Assembly (NCBI GenBank): GCA_019244185.1
Contig: JAFATB010000025.1
Coordinates: forward strand, 224,001 to 288,000
Length of the DNA stretch: 64,000 bases
Direction of reading: 5' to 3'
Source of the DNA: Acidobacteriota bacterium
GTDB lineage: Bacteria > Acidobacteriota > Thermoanaerobaculia > Gp7-AA8
Shown: positions 48,971 to 58,872 of the stretch, piece by piece
Numbering within the stretch: the stretch's first letter is position 1
Layout: every line of letters starts with the position of its first letter
Made by a program: the position numbers and the translations under genes
Notes under the pieces: generated by a model
Told to the model about the DNA's origin: nothing
Database searches by the model: none
The model's input: only the letters and a program-made list of their open reading frames with translations

Positions 48971-51625
48971 ATGTCCGACCAACCGTTCCGGATCGTCGTA
49001 CTGGAGAGGCTCGCCCTGATGGGGCCGAACCTCTACGCCCACCGCCCCTGCATCAAGTGGAAGATCGACATCGGCGCGTTCGAAGAACGTCCGACGAACA
49101 CGATCCCCGGCTTCGCGGAAGCGATCGAGCGCCTGCTGCCGTCGCTCGAAGAGCACCGCTGCTCCGAGGGCGTGCGCGGCGGCTTTTTCTCCCGGCTCGA
49201 AGAAGGCACGTGGCTCGGGCACGTGATGGAGCACGTCGCCCTAGGCCTGCAGAACGTCATCGGCATCGACGCGGGCTTCGGCCGCGCGCGCGACGGCGGC
49301 GGCTACGGCATCTACAACGTCATCTACGAATGTGAAGAGCGCGAGACCGGCATCGCCGCGGGCGAGATCGCCATCGAGATGATCGAGACGCTCGTCGCCG
49401 GCGCGACGTTCCCGCTCGACGAACACCTCGCGCGCCTCCGCCGCATCTACGACCGCAATTCGCTCGGACCGTCGACGCGCGCGATCGTCGACGCCGCCGT
49501 GCGCCGCGGCATTCCGTACATGCGCCTCGACGAGTGGAACCTCGTGCAGCTCGGCTACGGCGCGAACGCGAAGAAGATTCAGGCCACCATCGCCTCGACC
49601 ACGCGCTACCTCGGCGTCGACATCGCCGGCGACAAGGACAAGACCAAAGCGATCCTCGGCTTTCACGGCGTGCCCGTGCCGTCCGGCGACTACACGCGCC
49701 ACGTCGACGAGGCGCTGCGCATCGCGAACCGCATCGGCTGGCCGGTCGTGGTCAAGCCGCTCGACGCCTCGCAGGGACGCGGCATCGTCACCAACATCCG
49801 CAACGAGGAAGAGCTGCGCATCGCCTTCGATGACGCCAAGCAATACCGCTCGTCGGTCATCGTCGAGCGCTTTCTCGCGGGCCGCGACTTCCGCATGCTC
49901 GTCATCGATAACCGCTTCATCGCCGCGGCCGAACGCGTGCCCGCGCACGTCATCGGCAACGGCACGCATACCGTCGCCGAGCTCGTCGACCTCGCGAACC
50001 ACGATCCGCGCCGCGGCGAAGGACACGAGAAGGTGCTGACGAAGATCAAGATCGACGACAGCACGCATCGCCTGCTCGCGCTGCGCGGACTCTCGCTCGA
50101 CGCCGTTCCCGAACGCGACCGCGTCGTCGAGCTGAAGACCACCGCGAACCTCTCCACCGGCGGCACGTCCATCGACGTGACCGACCGCGTGCATCCGGCG
50201 AACATCGAGCTCGCCGAGCGCATCGCCTGTCTCGTCGGCCTCGACATCTGCGGCATCGACATCGTCGCGCCCGACCTCGAAACGCCGCTGATCGAAAACG
50301 ACGGTGGTGTCGTCGAGGTGAACGCGGCGCCGGGATTCCGCATGCATCTCGCGCCGACGATCGGCAAGCCGCGCCCGGTCGGCGAAGCGGTCGTGGACAT
50401 GCTCTTCCCGCCGGGCACCGAGTCGCGCATCCCGATCATCACCATCACCGGCACGAACGGCAAAACGACCACCGCGCGCCTCTGCGCGCACATCGCCAAG
50501 ATGGCCGGCAAGAGCGTCGGCCTCACGACGAGCGACGGCATCTACATCCGCAATCAGCTCGTGCAGAAAGGCGACACGACCGGTCCCGCGTCCGCGCAGG
50601 TGGTGCTGCGCGATCCGTCCGTGAATTTCGCGGTGCTCGAGACCGCGCGCGGCGGCATCCTCCGCGCCGGCGTCGCCTACGACTGGTCGAACGCCGCCGT
50701 CGTGACGAACATCGCCGAAGACCACCTCGGCCTCAAGGACATCAACACGCTCGAAGATCTCGCGCACGTGAAGGCGGTGACCGTCGAGCGCGTCGAGCCG
50801 CAGGGCTACGCGATTCTCAACGCGGAAGACGACATGACGCCGGTCATCCGCAAGCACGCCGACTGTCGCCTCGCGTTCTTCTCGCTCGATCCGAACAACG
50901 CCGTCTTCCGCACGCACGTCGACGAGAACGGCCTCGGCGCCACGATCGAGAACGGCTGGCTGATGCTGTACGAAAACGGCCTGCGCGTGCCGCTCTGCGA
51001 ACAGCAGCGCGTGCCGATCGCCTTCGGCGGCAAGGCGCGCTTCAACCTCGCCAACGCGCTCGCGGCCGTGCTGGCGACGGTCGCGACGAACATTCACGTG
51101 AGCGACATCGTCACCGGCCTGCAGTCGTTCTTCCATTCGCCCGACACCACGCCGGGCCGTCTCAACGTGATCGAGTTCGACGGCTTCAGCGTGATGATCG
51201 ACTACGCGCACAACGCGCACGGCCTCCGCGCCGTCAGCGAGTTCGCGCAGGCGATGCGCCGCGGCCGGCTCGTCTGCGTCGTCGGGCTTCCCGGCGACCG
51301 CCGCGACGCCGACATCCGCGAGGCCGCCCGCGTCGTCGGCCGCGCGTTCGATCGCGTGATCGTGCGCGACGACATCGATCTCCGCGGACGCAAACCGGGC
51401 GAGGTCGCGAAGCTGATCCGCGAAGGTCTCGTCGCCGCCGGACTGCGCGAGTCCGACATCATCGACGAACCGGAGGAGGCGGATGCCATCGCGCTCGCCG
51501 TGCGCACCGCCGAGTCGGGCGATCTCATCGTCTACATCGCCGACAAGCCGGAGCTCGCCGCGCAGTTCGTGGCCAGCCTGCGCCAGGCCGCGCCGTCCGC
51601 CGCCGCGCTCTCGCCAGCATCCTGA
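48971..51625 (+). CDS. cphA: Cyanophycin synthetase (CphA1)
   Basis: N domain EHRCSEG.RGGF...GHVMEHVAL, ATP-grasp (ANLSTGG, EVNAAPGFRMH), Mur-ligase-like GTNGKTTT, ETARGGILR, DYAHN. Confidence 0.97.
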   Translation: MSDQPFRIVVLERLALMGPNLYAHRPCIKWKIDIGAFEERPTNTIPGFAEAIERLLPSLEEHRCSEGVRGGFFSRLEEGTWLGHVMEHVALGLQNVIGIDAGFGRARDGGGYGIYNVIYECEERETGIAAGEIAIEMIETLVAGATFPLDEHLARLRRIYDRNSLGPSTRAIVDAAVRRGIPYMRLDEWNLVQLGYGANAKKIQATIASTTRYLGVDIAGDKDKTKAILGFHGVPVPSGDYTRHVDEALRIANRIGWPVVVKPLDASQGRGIVTNIRNEEELRIAFDDAKQYRSSVIVERFLAGRDFRMLVIDNRFIAAAERVPAHVIGNGTHTVAELVDLANHDPRRGEGHEKVLTKIKIDDSTHRLLALRGLSLDAVPERDRVVELKTTANLSTGGTSIDVTDRVHPANIELAERIACLVGLDICGIDIVAPDLETPLIENDGGVVEVNAAPGFRMHLAPTIGKPRPVGEAVVDMLFPPGTESRIPIITITGTNGKTTTARLCAHIAKMAGKSVGLTTSDGIYIRNQLVQKGDTTGPASAQVVLRDPSVNFAVLETARGGILRAGVAYDWSNAAVVTNIAEDHLGLKDINTLEDLAHVKAVTVERVEPQGYAILNAEDDMTPVIRKHADCRLAFFSLDPNNAVFRTHVDENGLGATIENGWLMLYENGLRVPLCEQQRVPIAFGGKARFNLANALAAVLATVATNIHVSDIVTGLQSFFHSPDTTPGRLNVIEFDGFSVMIDYAHNAHGLRAVSEFAQAMRRGRLVCVVGLPGDRRDADIREAARVVGRAFDRVIVRDDIDLRGRKPGEVAKLIREGLVAAGLRESDIIDEPEEADAIALAVRTAESGDLIVYIADKPELAAQFVASLRQAAPSAAALSPAS

Positions 51626-51627
51626 AC

Positions 51628-52668
51628 ATGCTGGTCGTCACGAACGCCGATCTGTACGATCCCGCGCCGCGCGGCCGCACGACGATCGTCGCCGCCGGCG
51701 GCCGCATCGAGAAAATCGGCGAGCTCGACGCCCGCGAGCTCGCCCGCAATCTCGACTGCACGATCGTCGACGCCTCCGGCTGCATCGTCACGCCCGGCCT
51801 CATCGATCCGCACACGCATCTCATCGGCGGCAGCGGCGAGAAAGGCTTCGCGTCCGCGTCCGCACCGATCGACGCATCGGAGCTGCTCGCGAACGGCATC
51901 ACCACCGTCGCCGGTCTCCTCGGCACCGACACGACGACGAAGACGCTTCCCGCGCTCCTCGCGCGCGTCAAAGCGCTGCGCGAGCGCGGCGTCAACGCGC
52001 ACATGTGGACCGGCGGCTACGACGCGCGATTTCTCACGACGAGCGTCCGCGACGACATCATCCTCATCGACGAGATCATCGGCGCCGGCGAGATCGCCAT
52101 CGCGGATCGCCGCGGCGCGCATTTCGACGCGCGCACCCTCGCCCGCCTCGCCAGCGACTGCTACATCGCCGGCACGCTCACCGGCAAAGCCGGCGTGCTG
52201 CACCTGCACACTGGCGAGCTCGCCGAGAAGCTCTCGATCGTCCGCGACGTGCTCGCGTTCGGCGTTCCCACCGCGACGCTCTATCCGACGCACGTGAATC
52301 GCAACGACGCGCTGTTCGCCGACGCGATCGCGCTGACGCGCGACGGCGTCACCGTCGACTGCGACGTCGTCGAGGAAGATCTCGTGCGCTGGCTGCGCGC
52401 GTTCGACGGCGACCGCACGCGCCTCACGATCTCGACCGACGCGCCGATCGGCCGCGTCGGCGCGCTGCTCGAACAGCTCCGCGCCGCCATGCGCGACGCG
52501 TCGTGGCCGCGCGAAGACGTGCTCGCGCTCGCGACGCGCAACCCGGCACGCGTGCTGAACCTCCGCGATGCCGGCGTCGTCGCGGAAGGCAACCGCGCCG
52601 ACCTGCTGCTGCTCGACGCGCAGACGTACGAGCTGCGGCACACGATCGCGGGAGGAGTGCTGCAGTGA
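51628..52668 (+). CDS. iadA: Isoaspartyl (beta-aspartyl) dipeptidase, amidohydrolase type
   Basis: PGLIDPHTHLIGGSGE.GF, GITT..GLLGTD, GEIAIAD.R, PTHVNR. Confidence 0.88.
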   Translation: MLVVTNADLYDPAPRGRTTIVAAGGRIEKIGELDARELARNLDCTIVDASGCIVTPGLIDPHTHLIGGSGEKGFASASAPIDASELLANGITTVAGLLGTDTTTKTLPALLARVKALRERGVNAHMWTGGYDARFLTTSVRDDIILIDEIIGAGEIAIADRRGAHFDARTLARLASDCYIAGTLTGKAGVLHLHTGELAEKLSIVRDVLAFGVPTATLYPTHVNRNDALFADAIALTRDGVTVDCDVVEEDLVRWLRAFDGDRTRLTISTDAPIGRVGALLEQLRAAMRDASWPREDVLALATRNPARVLNLRDAGVVAEGNRADLLLLDAQTYELRHTIAGGVLQ

Positions 52669-53534
52669 CGACGAAACGCAAAACGAGCTACGACCGCGCG
52701 GAGCGGAAGATCGGCCGCCTCCTCGTCATCGGCGGCAACGAGGACAAGGACGAGGACAGCATGACGATCCTCCCGCACTTTGTGAAGATGTGCGGCGGCA
52801 AACGCGCGCGCATCCTCGTCTGCGGCACGCCCTCCAAAGAAGTCGAAGAGAAGGAACGCACCTACCGGAAGCTCTTTGAGAAGATCGGCGTCGCGGAAGT
52901 CATGGAGCCCGACGTCACGCGCCGCTACGACGGCGACAACGAGGAGCTCGTCGAGATGGTCCGTCGCGCCACCGGCGTCTTCTTCACCGGCGGCGATCAG
53001 CTGCGCCTCACCGCCATCGTCGCCGGCACGCCGTTCGGCAACGAGATCCGCCACCGCGTGTTCAACGAAGGTCTCGTCGCCGGCGGCACGAGCGCCGGCG
53101 CCGCCGCGATGAGCTCGACGATGATCATCAGCGGCAATTCGAAAGGCACCGTGCGCCGCGCCGACGTCGGCCTCGCTCCGGGCCTCGGCTACTGGCGCGA
53201 TACCGTCGTCGACACGCACTTCGCGCAGCGCGGCCGCGTGAGCCGCATGCTGGTGATCTTCGCGCACAACCCGCAGATCCTCGGCGTCGGCATCGATGAA
53301 GACACCGCCGTCGAGGTCCACCCCGGCGAGCGCTTCACCGTCATCGGCAACGGCGCCGTCTTCGTCTTCGACGGCACCGTCACGTACTCGAACGCGCCCG
53401 ACGCCGGCGATGACGACGTCCTCGCCATGACCGACTCGATGATGCACGTCCTCCCCGCCGGCTACAGCTTCGACCTTCGCACGAAACGCCCGATCCTGCC
53501 GAACGGCGAGATCGTGCCGGCGAAGGCGAGCTGA
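52665..53534 (+). CDS. cphB: Cyanophycinase
   Basis: IGGNEDK, TGGDQ, GTSAGA, DTHF.QRGR, GIDEDT. Confidence 0.95.
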   Translation: MTTKRKTSYDRAERKIGRLLVIGGNEDKDEDSMTILPHFVKMCGGKRARILVCGTPSKEVEEKERTYRKLFEKIGVAEVMEPDVTRRYDGDNEELVEMVRRATGVFFTGGDQLRLTAIVAGTPFGNEIRHRVFNEGLVAGGTSAGAAAMSSTMIISGNSKGTVRRADVGLAPGLGYWRDTVVDTHFAQRGRVSRMLVIFAHNPQILGVGIDEDTAVEVHPGERFTVIGNGAVFVFDGTVTYSNAPDAGDDDVLAMTDSMMHVLPAGYSFDLRTKRPILPNGEIVPAKAS

Positions 53535-53539
53535 CGCGG

Positions 53540-53561
53540 GACGGACGCAAACGCGTCCGTC
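53540..53561. terminator. Hairpin between convergent genes
   Basis: GACGGACGC-aaac-GCGTCCGTC. Confidence 0.55.
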
Positions 53562-55038
53562 ACCGCCGCGGAATGCCCATCGGGAAGTCGAACAGTTTCT
53601 TCGGGTCGTAGCGCGTTTTGATGTCGCGCAGCCGGTCGAAGTTGTCTCCGTAGTACTCCTTCATCAGCTCGACAGGGTCGGTGGTGTCGACGCGATCGCG
53701 GTCGGGAAAGTTGATGAACGCACCGTCGGTCAACAGTTTCATGCCGTCGCGAAACCGATTCACCCACTCGCAGCACTTCGCATCGAGATCGGGCGTGTTC
53801 CACCACGCCTGGTACTGGATGAGGAACGGCTTGCGCCGGTAGGCGAAGGAGCTCCACGTGTCGCGGTTGCGGTCTTCGTCGTTGCGCACGACGCCGCCGA
53901 GGGAGTGAAGGCTGACGTAGCGGCGAGCGTTGGGGAGCGAGGTGGCGTTGATGCGCGTGACGAGCTCATAGCGTCCGGCTGTTTGATCGAAGTTGTCGAC
54001 CGGATAGGCGGACGAGATCTTGTGGCGGAAGAAGGAACCGTTGCACGTGTTGCCGAGATCGACGCCGTCCTGCTGCGGAGGACCTGCCTGGTATTCCGCG
54101 GGCGTGAAGAAGTTTCTCGGTGCCGGGCGCGGATCGGGCGGCCACGTCGCAATGGTCTGACAGGAGAAGTTTCCGATGCTGAACGTCGTCGGCAGCAGGC
54201 GCTTCAGGTTCTCGATGAGCTCGGGCTTGGCGCCGATGAAGTTTCCCTGGATGAGCGTCGGCTGGTCGATCGGTTCCGTGCCCGGAGCGATGAGGCGGCA
54301 GAACGTCGTCAGCCGGTATTCATCGTCGTCCGGGAAGCAGAGCCACTCCTCCAGCACATCGGACATGCGCCTACGATCCGGCCAGGTCATGGTGAATTGG
54401 GTGATGAATCTCTGCTGGTTGCCGATGCCGTACTTGTACGGCGGCACCTTGAACGTGAATTCCGTGGCGATGCCGAAGTTCCCGCCGCCTCCCCCGCAGA
54501 CGGCCCAGAAGAGGTCGTGGTTCGGATCGTCCGCGGCGCCCTTGACGGTCGTCATCGTGAAGGCGTCCGTTTTCGCGTCGTAGATCGCCATGCGGAACTG
54601 AGCCACCGAGTCGCACGTGAGGCCGGCGGCGCGGCTGAAGAGTCCCCATCCGCCGCCCTGCACCAACCCGCCGACGTGTACGTCACGACACGCGCCGCCG
54701 GGAAAGATGAAGCCGTACGGCAGCACCGTGTCGTAGATGTCGCCGAGCCGCGCACCGGCGCCGACGGTGACCAACGACTTGTCCGCATCGACGATGATCC
54801 GCCTCAGGCTCGAGACGTCGATCATCCAGACGTCGTCGCCGGAGCACATCCCCTCGTGATGATGTCCGCCCGCGCGCACGCGGATGCCGCAGTGTTCTGC
54901 GCGCGCTTTGGCGATGGCGTCGAGGACATCCTGCTCGCTGTCGCAGAACGCGATCGCCTTCGGCTTGTAATCGATGCGCGCATTCGAGATGCGCCGGTCG
55001 CAGTCGTAGCCGTTCTCTCCCTTGCGGACGATGCGCAT
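53560..55038 (-). CDS. FAD-binding oxidoreductase, berberine-bridge-enzyme-like
   Basis: RAGGHHHEG, GLVQGGGWG, GGGGGNFGI, AFINFPD...YYGDNFDRL..IK..YDP. Confidence 0.93.
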   Translation of the reverse strand: MRIVRKGENGYDCDRRISNARIDYKPKAIAFCDSEQDVLDAIAKARAEHCGIRVRAGGHHHEGMCSGDDVWMIDVSSLRRIIVDADKSLVTVGAGARLGDIYDTVLPYGFIFPGGACRDVHVGGLVQGGGWGLFSRAAGLTCDSVAQFRMAIYDAKTDAFTMTTVKGAADDPNHDLFWAVCGGGGGNFGIATEFTFKVPPYKYGIGNQQRFITQFTMTWPDRRRMSDVLEEWLCFPDDDEYRLTTFCRLIAPGTEPIDQPTLIQGNFIGAKPELIENLKRLLPTTFSIGNFSCQTIATWPPDPRPAPRNFFTPAEYQAGPPQQDGVDLGNTCNGSFFRHKISSAYPVDNFDQTAGRYELVTRINATSLPNARRYVSLHSLGGVVRNDEDRNRDTWSSFAYRRKPFLIQYQAWWNTPDLDAKCCEWVNRFRDGMKLLTDGAFINFPDRDRVDTTDPVELMKEYYGDNFDRLRDIKTRYDPKKLFDFPMGIPRR

Positions 55039-55135
55039 GCAGTCCTCCTCCTCAGTCGCAACCCTTCGTGGAAGGCCATAGCCTAGCCGGAGGTGCGTCT
55101 GGGAGGAAGGACATTCTTCCGGGGTCCATTCAGGG

Positions 55136-55198
55136 CAGCCGCACGTGCAAACCGGCTATGCCCTTGAGCGCAGCCGGCCGCGCCGGCCCGCCGGAGGC
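55136..55198 (-). repeat. Single arm of the REP/MITE-like element seen at 40.9 kb
   Basis: Reverse complement GCCTCCGGCGGGCCGGCGCGGCCGGCTGCGCTCAAGGGCATAGCCGGTTTGCACGTGCGGCTG closely matches 40945-41006. Confidence 0.85.
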
Positions 55199-55216
55199 GC
55201 TCACGGTCGTCCGTCG

Positions 55217-55966
55217 CTAGTCAGCCACGAACTTCGCGCCGGGACGCAGGATCTGCAGGCGGTAGGAGCGCGCGTGCGTGTCGGTGAGGCGGTGGTCGGG
55301 ATCGACGATCGTCACCTCGCCCGCGCCTTCGACGGTCACGATGCCGTCGCGGTTCCAGACGATGGCCGTGTTCTCGTCGATGCCGATGCCGGTGAGATGG
55401 TGCGCGTTCGCCGCGTGGATGAGGCGCGACAGGCGGCGGCGCTGGCCGAAGTGCTGATCGATGATCGCATTCGGGATCAGGCCGAGACCTTCATCGAAGG
55501 CGACGTGGTCGACGCCGCGCTTGCGGACGCTGTGGGCGATCATGCGCTCGCTGAGAGCCGACGCTCCGGCGCTCGTGCCGGCGTACACCGCGCCGTCGCG
55601 TACGGCCTCGCGGATCGCGTCGACGCAATCGGCGGCGCGGAGGAACGCCATCAGGCGCACCTGATCGCCGCCGGTGACGAAGATGCCGGTCGCGTTGCGG
55701 ATCGCCTCGCGCTCGTCGTTCGTCACGCCGAGCTCGGCGTGCACGGTGCGGACGTCGGTGGCGCCGAGGCGCGTGAACAGCTGCGTGTAACGCTGCGCGC
55801 GCGCGGCGGGCTCGACGGAGGCAGAGGGAATGATGACGATGCGCGCGTTGGCGCCGCCCGCGCGCGAGACGAAGGCGGAGAGGATCGACGCGCGAGCGAC
55901 ACGCTTGTCCTCATTGCCGCCAATGGCCATGACACACCCGTTTCCGATCAATTCTTCCTGGACCAA
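55217..55966 (-). CDS. cphB: Second cyanophycinase
   Basis: AIGGNEDK, TGGDQ, GTSAGA, DQHF.QR.R, GIDENT; start uncertain. Confidence 0.9.
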   Translation of the reverse strand: MVQEELIGNGCVMAIGGNEDKRVARASILSAFVSRAGGANARIVIIPSASVEPAARAQRYTQLFTRLGATDVRTVHAELGVTNDEREAIRNATGIFVTGGDQVRLMAFLRAADCVDAIREAVRDGAVYAGTSAGASALSERMIAHSVRKRGVDHVAFDEGLGLIPNAIIDQHFGQRRRLSRLIHAANAHHLTGIGIDENTAIVWNRDGIVTVEGAGEVTIVDPDHRLTDTHARSYRLQILRPGAKFVAD

Positions 55967-56001
55967 CCTTTCGACATTGTAAATAACGTCTGCCGAAAAG
56001 T

Positions 56002-56015
56002 GGTATTTCAATTGC
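56002..56015 (+). promoter_or_regulatory. Putative sigma54 -24/-12 promoter
   Basis: TGG-TATTTCAATT-GCG, 14 bp before the ATG at 56030. Confidence 0.6.
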
Positions 56016-56029
56016 GGCAGCGAGTTGCC

Positions 56030-57034
56030 ATGGATCAGCTTCGCATCCTCGTCGTCGCCGGCTCGCAGCGTCGCCAGTACAACTGTCCCGGTGTCGACGG
56101 CAAGGCGCGCACGTTCATGAAGCGCCTCGGCGCGCGTCTCGGAACGCGGTTCGCGATCGACGAGCTCGACCTCGCCAACGTCTACGGCAACGCGCGCATC
56201 CAGCCGTGCAACGCGTGCGTCTCGACCTCGATGGCGCTCTGCTGCTGGCCGTGCAACTGCTACGAGAAAGACAACAAAGAAGAGCCCGATCTGCTGTGGG
56301 ATCTCGACGTCTACGCGCGCCTCGATGAGGCGGACGCGTGGGCGATCGTCGGACCGATCAACTGGTACGCGCCGTCATCGAATCTCAAGGCGATGTTCGA
56401 CCGGCTCGTCTGCATGAACGGCGGCAATCCGCGCGAAGAGCTCATCGAGCACAAGAATCCGGAGCTGGCGATGCAGCTCGAGCACAGCGAGCAATGGACG
56501 GAGCTCAGCCGGAATCATCTCGAAGGTCGCACGGCCGCGTTCTTCTGCTACGGCGATGGCGGAGGCGACGAGCTCGACGAGAGCGGACGTCCGAAGAAGC
56601 TGCGGCACAAGGAATGGTTCGATCCGGATGAGGAACCGTTCGCGAACGATCGCGACGCCTACGCTCCGCTCGTCTGGCAGTGCCGCTACAGCGGCATCGA
56701 AGTGCCGGACGCGTTGTGGCGCTACGAAGAGTTCGGCCACGGCAAACCGTACAGCGACAACCAGGCGGAAGACATCGAGGCGCAGACGTTCGGCGCGTTC
56801 GACGCGTGGACCGACGCGCTCGCGGAGCATGTCGCCGCGAAGGGCAAAGTCCCCCCGGGACGCTGGCGCGCGGCCGGCTACGAGCCGCCGAAGCATCGCT
56901 TCGCCGATCTCAAGCTCGCGTGGCGGGACCGGCGGATGCGCGCCGGACATCCGCCGCACGGCAGTTCCCCCGAGGCGCAACAGGAGCGCGGGCTCAACGA
57001 CGACGTCACGTGGCGGCCGAAAGCCGGCTCGTGA
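56030..57034 (+). CDS. Flavodoxin-fold / iron-sulfur flavoprotein-like NAD(P)H oxidoreductase
   Basis: AGSQR, PCNACVSTSMALCCWPCNC, PINWY...LKAMFDRL. Confidence 0.85.
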   Translation: MDQLRILVVAGSQRRQYNCPGVDGKARTFMKRLGARLGTRFAIDELDLANVYGNARIQPCNACVSTSMALCCWPCNCYEKDNKEEPDLLWDLDVYARLDEADAWAIVGPINWYAPSSNLKAMFDRLVCMNGGNPREELIEHKNPELAMQLEHSEQWTELSRNHLEGRTAAFFCYGDGGGDELDESGRPKKLRHKEWFDPDEEPFANDRDAYAPLVWQCRYSGIEVPDALWRYEEFGHGKPYSDNQAEDIEAQTFGAFDAWTDALAEHVAAKGKVPPGRWRAAGYEPPKHRFADLKLAWRDRRMRAGHPPHGSSPEAQQERGLNDDVTWRPKAGS

Positions 57035-57058
57035 CGCGCTGCGCCGCACGACGACGCA

Positions 57059-58810
57059 TCACACCATCTCTTTGATCTTGTCCTCGAGGATCGTCTTCAC
57101 GATCTTCCCGCGCGCCGGCTCCCCTTTCGCCAGCGCCTCGGCGAGATGCAGCGCCTGCTCCGGCCTGATCTTGGGCGGCATCGGCGGCTCGTACGGATCG
57201 ATCGCGGCGTCGATGACGACCGGACCCGGCGTTGCGAACGCGCGCGCGAAGACGTCGCTGCATTCCGCCGGCTCGCGTAGCGAGAGGCCGGTGGCGCCGC
57301 ATGCGCGGGCGACCGCGGCGAAGTCGATCGGCTGGAGCTCCGTGCCGTAGTGCGGATTGCCGAGGAAGATCATCTGCTCCCACTGGATCATCCCGAGCTC
57401 GCTGTTGTTCATCACGAGCACGCGCAGCGGCAGCTGATACTTCACCGCCGTCGCGAGCTCGCCCATCAGCATGGTCATGCCGCCGTCGCCGATCACCGCG
57501 ACGGACTGGCGGTCGGGATACGCGATCTGCGCCGCGATCGCGTAAGGCAGTCCGCACGCCATGGATGCGAGCGTGCCCGAGACCGAGTACATCTGCCCGC
57601 GGCGCGCGCGCAGGTGGCGCGCGAACCAGCTCGTGATCGTGCCCGAGTCGCAGGAGACGATCGCGTTGTCGGCGAGATGCCGCGACAGCTCGGCCGCGAC
57701 GAACTGCGGCTTGAGCGGCGTCTCCGCGCGCGCGGCCTCCGTCTCCATCTGCGCGTTCCACTCCTTCATCGACGCCTGCGCCTTCTCGAGAAACGCGCGG
57801 TCGCTCTTGCGCTGCAGCAGCGGGATGAGTTTCTCCAGCGTGCGGCGCGCGTCGCCGACGAGACCGACGTCGACCGGATAGCGCAACGCGATGCGCACGG
57901 GATCGGCGTCGATCTGCACCGCCTTCGCCTGACCCGGCTTCGGCAGGAACTCCATGTACGGGAACGACGTGCCGACGAGCAGCAGCGTGTCGCACGATTC
58001 CATCGCGTCGGTCGACGGACGCGTGCCGAGAAGACCGATGCCGCCGGTGGTGAACGGGCTGTCGTCGGGGATCACGCCTTTGCCGAGAAGCGGCTTGATC
58101 ACCGGCGCGGCGAGGATGTCCGCGAGTTGCTCGATCGCATCACCCGCGCCGAGCGCACCGCGTCCGGCGAGGATCGCGACCTTCCCGCCCGCGTTGAGGA
58201 TCGCGGCCGCGCGCTGCAGGTCGTCATCGCACGGTACGCCTCCGCCGCGCGCGAAGACTTCCGATTGATGGCCGGGGATGTTGCGCGGCGAGCGCGGCCC
58301 GCCTTTCTGCTCCTGCAGGTCGACGGGAAAGTTGAGGTGCGTGACCGTGCGATACGCGAGCGCCATGCGGCACGCGAGGTTCGTGACGTTCTCGACGTGC
58401 GCCGCGCCCATGACGCGCACGCTGTACGCGGCGACGTTCTCGAAGAGCTTGTCGAGATCGACGTCCTGCTGCGAGTACGTGCCGATGAGGTCGTGGTAGT
58501 GATGTCCGGTGATCGCGAGCACCGGCTGCCCGTCGAGCTTCGCGTCGTACAGACCGTTCAGCAGATGAATGCCGCCGGGCCCGGACGTGGCGAGACAGAC
58601 GCCGAGCCGGCCGGTGTACTTCGCGTACGCGCAGGCCATGAACGCGGCCGACTCCTCATGCCGCACCTGCACGAAGCGGATGCGCTCCGCGTGCGTGCGC
58701 AGCGACTCCATGATCCCGTTGATGCCGTCGCCAGGAAGACCGAAGACGGTGTCGACGCCCCAGTCGATGAGCGTCTCGACGAGCAGATCGGCAGCAGTCG
58801 GTGAGGACAT
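57059..58810 (-). CDS. Thiamine-pyrophosphate enzyme, pyruvate oxidase/dehydrogenase (PoxB-like)
   Basis: FGLPGDGING, RHEE, TSGPGGIHLLNGLYDA, GDGG...NNS. Confidence 0.93.
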   Translation of the reverse strand: MSSPTAADLLVETLIDWGVDTVFGLPGDGINGIMESLRTHAERIRFVQVRHEESAAFMACAYAKYTGRLGVCLATSGPGGIHLLNGLYDAKLDGQPVLAITGHHYHDLIGTYSQQDVDLDKLFENVAAYSVRVMGAAHVENVTNLACRMALAYRTVTHLNFPVDLQEQKGGPRSPRNIPGHQSEVFARGGGVPCDDDLQRAAAILNAGGKVAILAGRGALGAGDAIEQLADILAAPVIKPLLGKGVIPDDSPFTTGGIGLLGTRPSTDAMESCDTLLLVGTSFPYMEFLPKPGQAKAVQIDADPVRIALRYPVDVGLVGDARRTLEKLIPLLQRKSDRAFLEKAQASMKEWNAQMETEAARAETPLKPQFVAAELSRHLADNAIVSCDSGTITSWFARHLRARRGQMYSVSGTLASMACGLPYAIAAQIAYPDRQSVAVIGDGGMTMLMGELATAVKYQLPLRVLVMNNSELGMIQWEQMIFLGNPHYGTELQPIDFAAVARACGATGLSLREPAECSDVFARAFATPGPVVIDAAIDPYEPPMPPKIRPEQALHLAEALAKGEPARGKIVKTILEDKIKEMV

Positions 58811-58872
58811 GCGCGCGTGCGCTGCACGCGGCGTGCACGCGCCGGCGGTGCGATGTGCGACACTCGCTTCCC

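Noticed and set aside
51483-52664. Apparent 683-aa cyanophycinase fusion
   Set aside because: The upstream part is an off-frame read of iadA; the real start is the GTG at 52665 after GGAGGAG
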